Both the position numbers and the translations under genes were made by a program. DNA of 47,476 nt from Thermoanaerobaculia bacterium (GTDB lineage: Bacteria; Acidobacteriota; Thermoanaerobaculia; Multivoradales; UBA5704): the NCBI GenBank assembly GCA_045807605.1, contig JBJMGZ010000658.1:1-47476 (forward strand), given 5' to 3'. The notes beneath the pieces are model-generated. The model searched no databases, had not been told where the DNA came from, and was given only the letters and a program-made list of their open reading frames with translations. Shown here piece after piece: positions 23,393-35,500 of the stretch (the stretch's first letter is position 1; each line of letters starts with the position of its first letter).

Positions 23393-26300
23393 CTATTTTC
23401 TCAATCGCTGTTTCAGAAGCGCGAGTTTCTTGTCCGAAAGCCTGGATCGCCGGGCCGCCACCTGGTCCTGGAGAGCCGCGGACCTCTCCTGCGCAACCGC
23501 CCGGCTCCCCTCCTCCTCCGCGTCCTCGTACACCGCCGGATCGGTCAGCCACAAGGTGCCGTCCGCACCCGCGCCAGGCAGGCCGGAGAGCCGCTGCGCA
23601 GGGTCGGCCGCCACGCCGCGGAGCACCTGTTCGAAGTGCGCGAGCAACCGCTCCGCGGTCGTGCGTTCGTAAAGGCCGGCATCATACTCTACCCAGACGA
23701 GAAGGTCTCCGGATTCCACGACAAAGCTCACCGAGAGGTCATAAGGCGCCCGCTTGGCCGAGCGGCCGAGATCGAAGGTCTCCACCGCGACTCCCGGCAG
23801 CCGCAGCGGCGGGATGGAGACGTTCTGGAACACCACCATCACCTGGAAGATCGAGCTCCGCCCCGCCTGCCGGTCGGGACGGCTGCGCTCCACCACCTTC
23901 TCGAACGGCGCATCCTGGTGGGAGTAGGCCTGCAAGGCGGACCTGCGCACCTCGACCAGGAGCTCGCGGAACGTCCAGCCGGGATCGACCGCCGCGCGCA
24001 GGGGCAGCACGTTGGCGAAGAACCCGATCAGGTCCTCGGCCGCCGGATGCGCCCGGTTGGCGTGCATCGTGCCCACCACGACCCGCTCCTGGCCGGTGTA
24101 CCTGTGGATCAGCAGCGCCAGCGCGGCCAGCAGGGTCATGAAGAGCGTGGCGCCCTGCTCCCGCCCCAGCCTCACGAGCGGCTCCAGGACCTCTCCAGGA
24201 ATGGTGCTCCGGACCGCCTCGAGCGCTCCTCCGGCCCGCGAGGCCGGCCGGTCCCGCGGCAGGAGCGCCGGTCCCTCCCCCCCGAGCCGGCCCGCCCAGT
24301 AGGCGAGCTGCTCTTCCAGCAGGTCCCCCTGCAGCCAGCGGCGCTGCCAGGCTCCGAAGTCCGCGTACTGGATGGGCAGGTCCGGCAGGGGCGAGGGCCG
24401 CGCGGCGCAGAAGGCCTCGTAGAGGACCGTCACCTCGCGGATGAGGACACCCAGCGACCAGCCGTCGCAGGCGATGTGATGGATGGTCAGGCAGAAGGCG
24501 TGGTCGTCCTGCGCGAGCTTCACGAGGGCCGCCCGCAGGAGCGGCCCGCGGGCGAGGTCGAACGGCGCGGACTGGAGAGCCTGGATGGCCTGCCGCGCCG
24601 TCTCCTGCCGGTCCGCGGCGGGCAGGCCGGAGAGGTCGGCCACGGCCAGGAGCCGCCGGGGAGGCGCGTCGATCACCTGGAGAGGGCGGCCGTCGGCCAC
24701 GATCCGCGTCCGCAGCACCTCGTGCCGCCGGCAGATCTCCACGAGAGTCGCGTCGAGCGCTTCCAAGGAGAGCCGGCCGCGCAGGCGGAAGGCATAGCCC
24801 AGGTTGAAGGCATTGCTGCCGGGCTCCAGCTGGTCGTAGAGCCAGAGCCTCTCCTGGGCGTACGAGACCGGCAGCGGCCCGCCGCGCGGCACCCGCTCCA
24901 GAGGGGGCAGCTCCCGGGCTCCGGAGCGCGTCTCGACGGCGGCGGCGAGCCGGGCGGGCGTGGGATGCTCGAAGAGCAGGCCGGGAGGCAGCTCGACGCC
25001 GAGCGCCTCCCGCAGGCGGGCCGTCACCTGGCCGGCCAGGAGAGACTGTCCGCCCAGGGCGAAGAAGTCATCGTCGGGGCCGATCGCGCCGGTCTCCAGG
25101 AGGTCCGCCCAGATCCCGAGCACGATCTCCTCGGTGGGCGTGCGCCCGGCCGGAGCGCTCGCCGGCTCCTCCGCCCGGACCTCGGGCAGCGCGCGGCGAT
25201 CCACCTTGTTGTTCGGCGTGAGCGGCAGCGCGTCCAGAAGCGCGAACGCGGCCGGCCGCATGTAGTCCGGCAGGCGGCCGGCGAGGAGCTTCTGGATCTC
25301 GGAGAGATCGATCGGCTCCCGCGGCACCAGGTAGGCCACCAGCCGCTTCTCCCCGGACTTCGCGGCCGCGGCCACCACGACGGCGTCCTTCACCCCCGGA
25401 TGCTCCAGGAGCACCGACTCGATCTCGCCGAGCTCGATGCGGAAGCCGCGGATCTTGACTTGATGGTCCGACCGTCCCAGAAAATCGAGCTGCCCGTCTT
25501 CGGTGACGCGGGCCAGGTCGCCGGTGCGGTAGAGGCGCGCCCCGGCTCCGGACGGGCTCGGGACGAACCGCTCGGCCGTGAGATCGGGCCGGCCGAGGTA
25601 GCCGCGGGCGAGCCCCGCGCCGCCGATGTAGAGGTCTCCGGGCGTCTCCGCCGGAACCGGCCGCAGGTTCTCGTCGAGCACGAGGAGGTCGGTCGCCGCG
25701 ATCGGGCCTCCGATCGGGACCGGCCCGTCCCCGGGCTCGACCCGCGCGACGGCCGACCAGATCGTGGTCTCGGTCGGGCCGTAGAGGTTCCAGAGCTCGG
25801 CCCCGCTCTCCAGGAGCTGGCGCGCGAGCTCGCGGGGCAGCGCCTCGCCGCCGCAGAGCATGCGCAGCCGGGGGCTCCCCTTCCACCCGGATTGCAGGAG
25901 GAGCTTCCAGGTGACGGGCGTGGCCTGCAGCGCGGTCGCGCCGCTCGCCTCCAGGAGCCGGGCCAGGCGCGCGCCGTCCATCGCCGTCTCCCGGGACGCC
26001 ACGACCACGCGGCCGCCCGCGACGAGCGGCAGGAAGATCTCCAGCCCGGCGATGTCGAAGGAGAGCGTGGTGACCGCCACCAGCACATCGGTCTCGCGGA
26101 ACCCGGGCCGCTCCCGCATCGAGAGCAGGAAGTTGGCGAGCGCGCCGTGCGTGACCTGCACCCCCTTGGGCCGGCCCGTGGAGCCCGAGGTGTAGATCAC
26201 GTACGCAAGATTTTCCGGCAGGGCGCGGACCTCGGGGCACGAATCGTCCGTTCCGTCCAGCCCCTCCTCCAGCGGATCGGTCAGGACCACCTTCAGGCCC

Positions 26301-26590
26301 GAGTCGCGGACCATGAGCTCGAGCCGGTCCGCGGGGAAGCCCGGATCGAGAGGCACGTAGGCGCCGCCGGCCTTGTGGATCCCCAGCATGGCCACGACCA
26401 TCTCGATGCCGCGCCGGAGGCGCAGCCCCACGAGGACCTCGGGTCCGACGCCCAGCCCGATGAGCCGGTGCGCCAGGCGGTTGGCGCGCCGGTCGAGCTC
26501 GCCGTAGGTGAGCTCCCGGCCCTCGAACACGAGGGCGGCCCGGTCCGGAGCGCGCCGCGCGCGCTCCTCGAAGAGCTCGCGCACCGTCAT
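23393..26590 (-). CDS. NRPS-3: A(Gly)-T-C plus a basic C-terminal helix, 1065 aa (permuted module)
   Basis: This is the real part of track ORF 23393..27265, beginning MTVRELFEERARRAPDRAALVFEGRELTYGELD, that is, directly at A-domain core A1 (ATG 26588-26590, ATGA overlap with the NRPS-2 stop). Motifs found:
- YTSGSTGRPKG
- FFALGGQSLL
- VSYAQERLWLY
- HHIACDGWS
- tail ...AARRSRLSDKKLALLKQRLRK followed by the stop. Confidence 0.9.
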   Translation of the reverse strand: MTVRELFEERARRAPDRAALVFEGRELTYGELDRRANRLAHRLIGLGVGPEVLVGLRLRRGIEMVVAMLGIHKAGGAYVPLDPGFPADRLELMVRDSGLKVVLTDPLEEGLDGTDDSCPEVRALPENLAYVIYTSGSTGRPKGVQVTHGALANFLLSMRERPGFRETDVLVAVTTLSFDIAGLEIFLPLVAGGRVVVASRETAMDGARLARLLEASGATALQATPVTWKLLLQSGWKGSPRLRMLCGGEALPRELARQLLESGAELWNLYGPTETTIWSAVARVEPGDGPVPIGGPIAATDLLVLDENLRPVPAETPGDLYIGGAGLARGYLGRPDLTAERFVPSPSGAGARLYRTGDLARVTEDGQLDFLGRSDHQVKIRGFRIELGEIESVLLEHPGVKDAVVVAAAAKSGEKRLVAYLVPREPIDLSEIQKLLAGRLPDYMRPAAFALLDALPLTPNNKVDRRALPEVRAEEPASAPAGRTPTEEIVLGIWADLLETGAIGPDDDFFALGGQSLLAGQVTARLREALGVELPPGLLFEHPTPARLAAAVETRSGARELPPLERVPRGGPLPVSYAQERLWLYDQLEPGSNAFNLGYAFRLRGRLSLEALDATLVEICRRHEVLRTRIVADGRPLQVIDAPPRRLLAVADLSGLPAADRQETARQAIQALQSAPFDLARGPLLRAALVKLAQDDHAFCLTIHHIACDGWSLGVLIREVTVLYEAFCAARPSPLPDLPIQYADFGAWQRRWLQGDLLEEQLAYWAGRLGGEGPALLPRDRPASRAGGALEAVRSTIPGEVLEPLVRLGREQGATLFMTLLAALALLIHRYTGQERVVVGTMHANRAHPAAEDLIGFFANVLPLRAAVDPGWTFRELLVEVRRSALQAYSHQDAPFEKVVERSRPDRQAGRSSIFQVMVVFQNVSIPPLRLPGVAVETFDLGRSAKRAPYDLSVSFVVESGDLLVWVEYDAGLYERTTAERLLAHFEQVLRGVAADPAQRLSGLPGAGADGTLWLTDPAVYEDAEEEGSRAVAQERSAALQDQVAARRSRLSDKKLALLKQRLRK
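25181..26590 (-). other. A domain of NRPS-3, predicted Gly (approximate boundaries)
   Basis: The code is D I L Q L G L I W K, read from SFDIAGLE / TALQATPV / MLCGGE / NLYGPTETTIW. It is identical to the published Gly code DILQLGLIWK. Confidence 0.85.
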
Positions 26591-29500
26591 GGGGCCATGG
26601 CTCCGGACGCGGGCTCGAGCAGCGAGTCGACCTCGTCCTCGCTGAGGCTCTCGATCTGCTCGATCATGCGGTCCTCGATCACTCCCGACAGCTCCGCGAC
26701 CGTCGGGGCCTCGAACAGCGCGCGCAGCGCCAGCTCCACGCCGAAGGTCTCGCGCAGCCGCCAGGTCGCCTGCGTGGCCAGCAGCGAGTGCCCTCCGAGC
26801 TCGAAGAAGTTGTCGAACACCCCCACCCGCTCCACGCCGACGACCTGGGTGAAGATCTCCGCGACGGCGGCCTCGATCTCGGTGCGGGGAGCGACGTAGG
26901 GCCGGTCCTGGCCCCCCTCCCCTCCCACCTCCGGCAGGGCGCGCCGGTCCACCTTGCCGCTGGTGTTGAGCGGCAGGCGCTCCAGCTCCACCCAGGCCGA
27001 CGGCACCGCGTAGTCGGGGAGCCGGCTCTGCAGGAACTGGCGAAGGTCCTGGACCGTGGCCTCGCCGGGGGTCCGGATCACCACGTAGGCCACCAGCCGC
27101 TGCGCGCCCGAGGGCTCGGGCCGGGCCAGGACCACGACCCCCGCGATCGCGGGGTGCTCGCTGAGCACGGCCTCGATCTCGCCCAGCTCCAGGCGGAAGC
27201 CGCGGATCTTCACCTGGTGGTCGATCCGCCCGAGGAACTCCAGGTTGCCGTCGGCGCGCAGGCATGCCAGGTCGCCGGTGCGGTACAGGCGGGCGCCGGG
27301 CAGGACCGAGCAGGGGTCGGGCACGAACACGGCCGCGGTCTTCGCGGGATCGAACAGGTAGCCGCGGCCCACGCCGCCGCCGCCCACGCAGAGCTCGCCC
27401 GTCACCTCCAGGGGCACGGGGTCGAGCCAGGGGCTCATCACGTAGAGCTGCGTGTTGAGGACCGGCCTGCCGATCGGGATCGAGCGCGCCTGCGCGGCTT
27501 CCTCAATGGTGACCCGGTGGTGGCTGATGTCGTCCGAGCACTCGGTGGGGCCGTAGGCGTTGAGCAGCGCGGCCCCCGGATAGGCCCGGTGCCACTCGCG
27601 GCAGAGCTCCGGCGGCAGCGCCTCGCCGGTCGGAATCAGCCAGCGCAGCGCCGCGAGCCCGGGTCCGGCGCCCGCGCCGCGGCGGCGGATCTCCTCCAGC
27701 ATGAGCCGCATCAGCGACGGCACGGTCTCGAGCACCGTGACCCCGTCCGCCTCCACCCGGTCGAAGAGCACGGCCGGATCGTGCGCGACCGCGTCGCGGT
27801 AGATCTCGACCCGCCCGCCGGTGGCCAGCGGCGCCAGGAACTGCCAGACCGAGATGTCGAAGCACTGCGACGCGGTCTGCGCCACCACGTCGGCGCCGGT
27901 CAGCGCGAGGTCCTCGATCTTGGCGAACAGGTGGTTGATCATGCCTCCGTGCACGACCATGGCGCCCTTGGGCACCCCGGTCGAGCCCGAGGTGAAGATC
28001 ACGTAGGCGAGGTTCGCGGAGCCGCTGCGGGCCGGCGGCGCCTCCGCCAGCTCGCCGTCCGCCAGGGTCTCCAGGTCGAGCAGCCCGGCCTCCGTCCCCG
28101 CTTCCTCGGCGAGAGGCCGGAGGGCCTGCGAGGCCAGCACCCATCGGCTGCGGCTCTGCTCGAGCACCTGGCGGATGCGGCCGGCGGGGTGATGGGGGTC
28201 GAGCGGCAGGTACGCCCCGCCGGCCTTGAACACCCCGAGCATCGCGACCAGGAAGTCCAGCCCGCGCTCGGCCAGGAGGGCGACCAGGCCCTCGGCATCT
28301 ACGCCGTGCTGGATCAGGCTCGCGGCGAGCCGGTTGGCCCGCCGGTCGAGCTGGGCGTAGGTCAGGCTCTCCCCGTCGCAGGCCGCGGCCACGCGGTCCG
28401 GGTGCTGCGCCGCGAGCCCCTCGAAGAGCTGCTGGAACGCCTGCCCCCGCGGGAAGCTCCCGGCACGGTCGTTCCATTCGCCGAGGAGCTGCGCCCGCGA
28501 AGTCTCCGAGAGGACCGGCAGCGAGGCCACGTCGCGCCCAGGGGACTCCGCCATGCAGCCGAGCAGCGCCTGGAAGTGCTCCAGGAAGCGGGCGATGAAC
28601 GGCGCGTCGAACAGGCTCGTGCTGAAGTGGAGCGCGCCTTCGAGCCCCGTGCCGTCCTCGGTCATCTCCAGGAACAGCTCGAACCGGGTCGTGCCGGTCT
28701 CGACGTCCATGCGGCTGAGGCTCAGGCCGGGCAGCTCGATGCGCTCCAGCGGCGCGTTCTGGAGCGCGAACATGACCTGGAAGAGCGCCGAGCGCTCCAG
28801 GTCCCGATCGGGGTTGATCTCGGCGACCAGCCGCTCGAACGGCACGTCCTGATGGCCGAAGGCGTCGAGCGCCACCCGCCGCACCCGCCGCAGCAGCTCC
28901 TCCACGTCCGGCGTGCCCGAGAGGTCCGCGCGCACGACCAGCGTATTGACGAAGAACCCGATCAGGCGCTCGAGCTCGGTCCGGCCGCGGCCGGCCACCG
29001 GCACGCCGACCGGAATGTCGGAGGCGCCGCTGTAGCGCTGGAGCAGCGCGGCGAAGCCTCCGAGGAGCGTCATGAAGAGCGTCGTCCCGCTCTGCCGGCT
29101 GAGCACCCGGAGCCGGGCGGCCAGGGTGTCCGGCACGCGGAACCACCTCGTCCCGCCCTGCCACGGATCGCCGTCGTTCTGCGCGCGCCGCCGCGGCAGG
29201 TCGAGGGCCGCGGGCGCATCCGCGAGCCGCTCCTTCCAGAAAGCGAGCTGCCGTTCAAGAACCTCGCCCTGGAGCGCGTCGCGCTGCCAGCACGCGAAAT
29301 CCGTGTACTGCACGGGCAGCTCCGGCAGGAGCGGGGGCCGGCCCGCCGCGATCGCCGTGTACAGGGCGGAGACCTCGGACAGGAGCACGCCCATGGACCA
29401 GGCGTCGGACACGATGTGGTGCAGGTTCAGGAGCAGCACGTGCTCTCGCGGAGAGCGCCGCACCAGCAGGGCGCGAATCAGCGGCCCCCTTTCGAGGCTG

Positions 29501-32500
29501 AAGGGGAGGCGCCCGTCGAGCACCGCGAGGCGGACCGTCTCCCGCTCGCGCGCGGCCTCCGGCAGGGCGCTCAGGTCGATCAGGCGGAGCTCGATGGGCA
29601 GGCGCTCGTGCACGATCTGCCGGGGCTGCCCCTCGACAGAAGTGAAGGTGGTGCGGAGCGTGGCATGCCGGCGCACGATCTCGTCGAGGATCGCCGCGAA
29701 GACGGCGGGCTCGGCGATCCCTTCCAGCAGCGTGACGCTGGGCAGGTTGTAGGCCGGGCTGCCGGGCTCGAACTGGTCGAGGAACCAGAGCCGCTCCTGG
29801 GCGAACGAGAGGGGGAGCGCCTCGCCGGCGGCAGCCGTTCGGATCGGGATGGCGGCGAGCTCGGAGGTCGTCCCCAGCGCCGCGTCGACGCGCGCGGCGA
29901 GCCCCGCCAGGGTGGGCGCCTCGAACAGCTCGCGCAGGGGGAGGTCGATGCCCATCGACGCGCGCAGGCGGGAGAGGACCTGGATGGCGAGGAGCGAGTG
30001 GCCGCCGAGGTCGAAGAAGCTGTCCTCGACGCCGACCTGCTCGCGCTTCAGGAGCTCCTGCCAGATCTCCGCGAGCTGCCGCTCCGTGCGCGTGCGGGGC
30101 GGCGTGCCGGCAGTCCCCTCCTGCCCCGCCTCGGGCGCGGGCAGCGCCTTGTAGTCGATCTTGCCGTTGGGCGAGAGCGGCAGCCGGTCGAGGAAGACGA
30201 AGACCGAGGGCACCATGTAGTCCGGCAGGAGCTCGCCGAGCCAGGCGCGCAGCCGCGCCGGCAGGCCCTCGCGCTCCTCGCCGGCAGCGACCACGTATCC
30301 CACGAGGCGCGCCGAGGCCGCGGAGCCGCCGTCGCGGCGCACCGCCACCACGGCCTGGCCCACCTCCTCGTGCTTGCGCAGCACGGCCTCGATCTCGCCG
30401 ATCTCGATGCGGAAGCCCCGCACCTTGACCTGATGGTCCAGCCGGCCCAGGAAGTCGACCCGGCCGTCGGGCAGGTAGCGGGCGAAGTCGCCGGTGCGGT
30501 AGAACCGCGAGCCCGCATCGCCCGACAGGGCGTCGGGCACGAAGGACGCGGCCGTGCGCGCCGGATCGGCGAGATACCCGCGCCCCACGCAGACGCCGCC
30601 CACGCAGAGCTCCCCGGGCACGCCGATGGGCGCCGGCTGGAGCCGCGGATCGACGATGTAGAGCCGGGCGTTGCGCAGCGGCCGGCCGACCGGCGTGATC
30701 CCGCTCCCCGCCTCCCGACCCTCGGAGATGGCGAGGGTGCTCACGTCGTCCGAGCACTCCGAGGGGCCGTACAGGTTGAGCAGCGGCACGTGCGGATAGA
30801 CCGAGAGCCAGCGCCGGCAGAGGTCGGAGGGCACGGCCTCGCCGGTCGGCATCACCCACCGCAGCCGGGCCAGGGGAGGGCGCGCAGCCCCGAGCCGGTC
30901 GGCCTCGTCGAGGAGCGCCTGAAGCAGCGAGGGCACGATCTCGAGGACCGTGATGCCGCCCGCCTCGATCTCCTGCAGCAGGGTCCAGGGGTCGTGGGCG
31001 ACCTTGTCCGGCACGATGCGCACCGTGCCGCCGGCCGCGAGCACCGCCAGGAACTGCCAGACCGAGATGTCGAAGCACTGCGACGCGGTCTGCGCCACCA
31101 CGTCGCGGTCGTCGAGCGGCAGGTCTTCCACCTTGGACCGGACGTTGTTCACCAGTCCTTTCACCTCGACCATGACCCCCTTGGGCGTGCCGGTCGAGCC
31201 CGAGGTGAAGATCACGTAGGCGAGGTTCCCGGGCTCCCCGTAGGGAGGAGCGCCTGCGTCCGGCTCCCCGGCGAGCACCTCCTCCAGCACCTCGAACCGG
31301 GGCGGCGCCGCCAGGATCTCGACCGCGGCCCGCATGCGAGCCGCATGGTCCTGGGAAGCCAGGGCGAAGGCGGCGCCGGAGCTCTCCAGGATCTGCCCGA
31401 TCCGCCGCTCGGGATGGGCAGGGTCGAGCGGCAGGTACGCGGCTCCGCATCGCAAAATGGAAAGAATGGCGGTCAGGAACGGGATGCCGCGATCCGCCAG
31501 AACGGGCACGATCGCGTCCCTGCCCACGCCGCGGGCCGCCAGGACCCGGGCCATCCGGTCCACCCGCTCGGCGAGCTCGCCGTAGGAGACCCGCTCCTCG
31601 GCGCAGGAGGACGCGCAGGCGGCCGGCCGCAGGGCGGCCTGCTCCTCGAACATCTCGGAGAGCGTGCCGAGCCGCGAGCTCGACGGCCGGGCCGTGTCGT
31701 TCCATTCGAGCAGCAGGTGCTGGCGCTCGGCGGCTGCGAGGAGCGGCGCCTGGAGAAGCCCGCGGTCCGGGTCCTCCACCAGGTTCAGGAGCAGCGCCTC
31801 GAAGTGGGCGAGCAGGCGCCCCACCGTCGTCCGGTCGAAGAGGTCGACGTCGTAGTCCAGGTCTCCGGCGAGCCCGTCGCCGCGCTCCTCCAGGTAGAAC
31901 AGGAGGTCGTAGTTCACGACGTCGCGCTCGATCTCCCTGGCCGCGATGCGCAGGTCGCCCAGCTCGAGCGCGGCCGAGGGGGTGTTCTGGAGGATGAGCA
32001 TCACCTGGAAGAGCGGCGTCAGGCTCAGGTGCCGCTCCGGGTTGAGCTCCTCGACCAGCTTCTCGAACGGCATGTCCTGGTGGGCGTAGACGCCGAGCGT
32101 CACGTCGCGGACGCGCGCGAGGGCCTGGCGGAAGCTCATCCCCTCGTGCAGGCGGGCGCGCAGCACGAGGGTGTTGATGAAGAACCCGATCAGGTTCTCG
32201 ACCTCGCGGCGATGGCGGTTGGCGATCACCGTGCCGGTGGTCAGGTCGGGCTGGCCGGAGTAGCGCCAGAGCAGCGTGTACCAGGCGGTGAGGAGCGACA
32301 TGAAGAGCGTGCTCCCCGTCTTCTGCCCGAGCGCCCGCAGCCGCGCCGTGACCGAATCGGAGAGCGCGAAGCCCGCCCGCGCGCCCCGATACTGCTGCAC
32401 CGGCGGCCGCGGCCGGTCGAGCGGCAGGTCGAGGGAGTCGGGGGCGCCGGCGAGCTGCCCCTTCCAGAACTCCAGCTCGCTTGCCAGGACCTCCCCCTGC

Positions 32501-35500
32501 AGCCAGCCCCTCTGCCAGGCCGCGTAATCCGGGAACTGGATCGGCAGCTCCGGCAGGCCGGGCCGGCGGCCGGCGGCGAACGCCTCGTAGGCCGCGCTCA
32601 TCTCCCGGGTCAGGACCCAGAGCGACCACCCGTCGGAGACGATGTGATGCAGGGTGAGCACGGCCAAGTGCTCCGTGGGGGAGAGGCGCAGGAGCGTCGC
32701 CCGCAGCAGCGGCCCGGTCCGCAGATCGAAGGGCTTGCGGGCCTCCTCGTCCACGAGCCGCTCCTGCTCGGCCCGGCGCCGCGACGGGGGCAGGGCCGAG
32801 ACGTCCACCACCGGGAACGGACACGGCGCGAACGGATCGATGACCTGCAGCGGCTCGCCGTCGACGTCCAGGAAGCGGGAGCGCAGGGTCTCGTGGCGGC
32901 GCACGATCTCGTTGAGCCCCGCTTCGAGCGCCGCGACGTCGAGCCGGCCCTCCAGGCGCACGGCCGTCGCGAGGTTGAAAACGGCACTGCCGGGCTCCCA
33001 GCGGTCGAAGAACCAGACCCGCTGCTGGGAGAACGACAGGGGGATCCTCCCCTCCCGCGGCACCGGGCGCAGCGGCGGGATCTGGCGGTCGGCTCCGAGC
33101 TCGCGGCTGCGCTCGACCTCCGCGGCGAGGAGGAGGACCGTCGGCAGCTCGAAGAGCCGGCGCAGCGGCAGGTCCACGCCGCAGACCTCGCGCAGGCGCG
33201 ACGCCACGCGCGCCGTGGACAGGGAGTGCCCGCCGAGGTCGAAGAAGCTGTCCTCGACGCCGATCCGCGAGATCCCCAGGACGTCGGACCAGATCCCGGC
33301 GATCAGCTGCTCCATGGGCGTGCGCGGCGGCGGCGAGGCGGCCGCTCCCGCGCCGGCCAGGTCGGGCGCCGGCAGCGCCGTCCGGTCGATCTTGCCGTGC
33401 GCGGTCAGCGGGATCGCGTCGAGGGTCACGAACGCCGCCGGCACCATGTGCTCGGGCAGGCGCTTGCGCAGATGGGCGCGCAGCTCCTCCGCCGACGGCG
33501 GCTCCGCCTGCGCGGGCACCAGGTAGGCGACCAGCCGCGGCTCGCCGGCCGGGCCGGGAAGGGCCAGGACGAGGGGCTGGCGGACCCCGGGATGCTCCGC
33601 CAGCGCGGCCTCGATCTCGCCCAGCTCGATGCGGAAGCCGCGGATCTTGACCTGGTGGTCGATGCGGCCCTGGTAGTCGAGATCGCCGCCCGGCAGCCGG
33701 CGGGCCAGGTCGCCCGAGCGGTAGAGACGCGCCCCCGGCACGCCTCCGAACGGATCGGGCAGGAAGCGCTGGGCCGTCAGGTCGGGCTGCCCGAGATAGC
33801 CGCGGGCGGCGCCGGCGCCGCCCACCCAGATCTCCCCGGGAACGCCGCGCGGCACGGGCTGGAAGCTGCGGTCCAGCAGGTAGAGGCTCAAGTCCGGCAG
33901 GGGCGCGCCGATGGCGCTCGCCGCACGGCCGCTCAGGACGTCCTCCGAGAGCAACCGGCGCCAGGTCACGTGCACGGTGGTCTCGGTGATGCCATACATG
34001 TTGACCAGCCGCGGCCGCTCGTCGCCGTAGCGCTCCATCCAGGGCCGCAGGCTGCGCGGGTCCAGCGCCTCGCCGCCGAAGATCACCCAGCGCAGCGCCA
34101 GCTCCCCTCCGGCCTCGCGGTCGGCCTCCATGAGCTGGAGGAAGGCCGAGGGGGTCTGGTTGAGCACCGTGACCCGCTCGCGGACCAGCAGCTCGTGGAA
34201 CGCCGACGGCGAGCGGCTCACCCAGTAGGGGACCACCACGAGCGTGCCGCCGTAGGCGAGCGCTCCCCAGATCTCCCAGACCGAGAAGTCGAACGCGTGG
34301 GAGTGGAACAGCGTCCAGACGTCCCCGGGGCCGAAGTCGAACAGGCCCTCGGTCGACCGCAGGAGACGGACGACGTTGGCGTGGGTCACGCCCACGCCCT
34401 TGGGCTTGCCCGTGGAGCCCGAGGTGTAGATGACGTAGGCCAGACTGGCGGGTCCCGCGGCTTCCGGCGCCGGACCGGGCTCGTCGCCGAAGGAGCCGTC
34501 GAGGTCGAGCACCGCGAGCACCGCGGCGGCGCAGCCGGGCAGCCGGTCGCGCAGGGCGCTCTGGGTGAGCAGGACCCGGATGCCGGAGTCCTCGAGCAGG
34601 AAGCGCAGCCGGCTCTCGGGATAGGCGGGGTCGAGAGGCACGTACGCGCCGCCCGCCTCCAGGATGCCGAGGATCCCCACGACCATGTCCACGGAGCGCT
34701 CCACGCAGAGGCCGACCCGCACCTCGGGTCCGACGCCCAGGCCGCAGAGCCGCCGGGCCAGCCGCCCCGCCCGGTTGCGCAGCTCGCCGTAGGCGACGCT
34801 CTCGCCGCCGCAGACCACGGCCGCCGCATCCGGCCGCTGCTCCGCCTGCCTGGCGAACAGCTCGTGCAGGCAGGCGTCGACCGGCAGCTCCGCGGGCGGG
34901 GCTTCGCAGAGTAGCTGGCGCCGCTCCTCCGGATCGAGCAGCGGCAGCTCCGACAGCCGGCTGCGCAGAGCGGCGGAACCGACCCCCTGGAGCAGCGACT
35001 GGAGATGGCCGGCCATGCGCGCGGCGGTGGCCGGATCGAAGAGCTCGGAGTCGTACTCCAGCCAGCCCGCCAGGAGCCCGCCGAGCTCGTGGAGGCTCAG
35101 ATTCAGATCGAACTTCGAGGTCCCGATGTCCAGCCGCTCGCGGCGCAGGGAAAGGCCGGGCAGGTCGACGGAGTCCGGGATCGCGTTCTGGAAGGCGAGC
35201 GTCACCTGGACGAGCGGGTTGTAGCTCGGGTTGCGCTCGACCTGGAGCGCCTGGACCAGGCGGTCGAACGGCAGGTCCTGGTGGGCCAGCGCCTCCAGCG
35301 TCACCCTGCGGACCGCGGACAGCAGCTCCGCCAGCGCCGGATCCCCCGGCAGGTCCACCCGCAGCGCCAGCGTGTTGACGAAGAAGCCGACGAGCCCCTC
35401 GATCTCCGTGCGGTTGCGGCCCGCGACCGGCATGCCCACGACCACGTCGTCCGCGCCCGAGTAGCAGCGCAGGAGGACCTGCCAGGCCGCCAGGAGCAGC

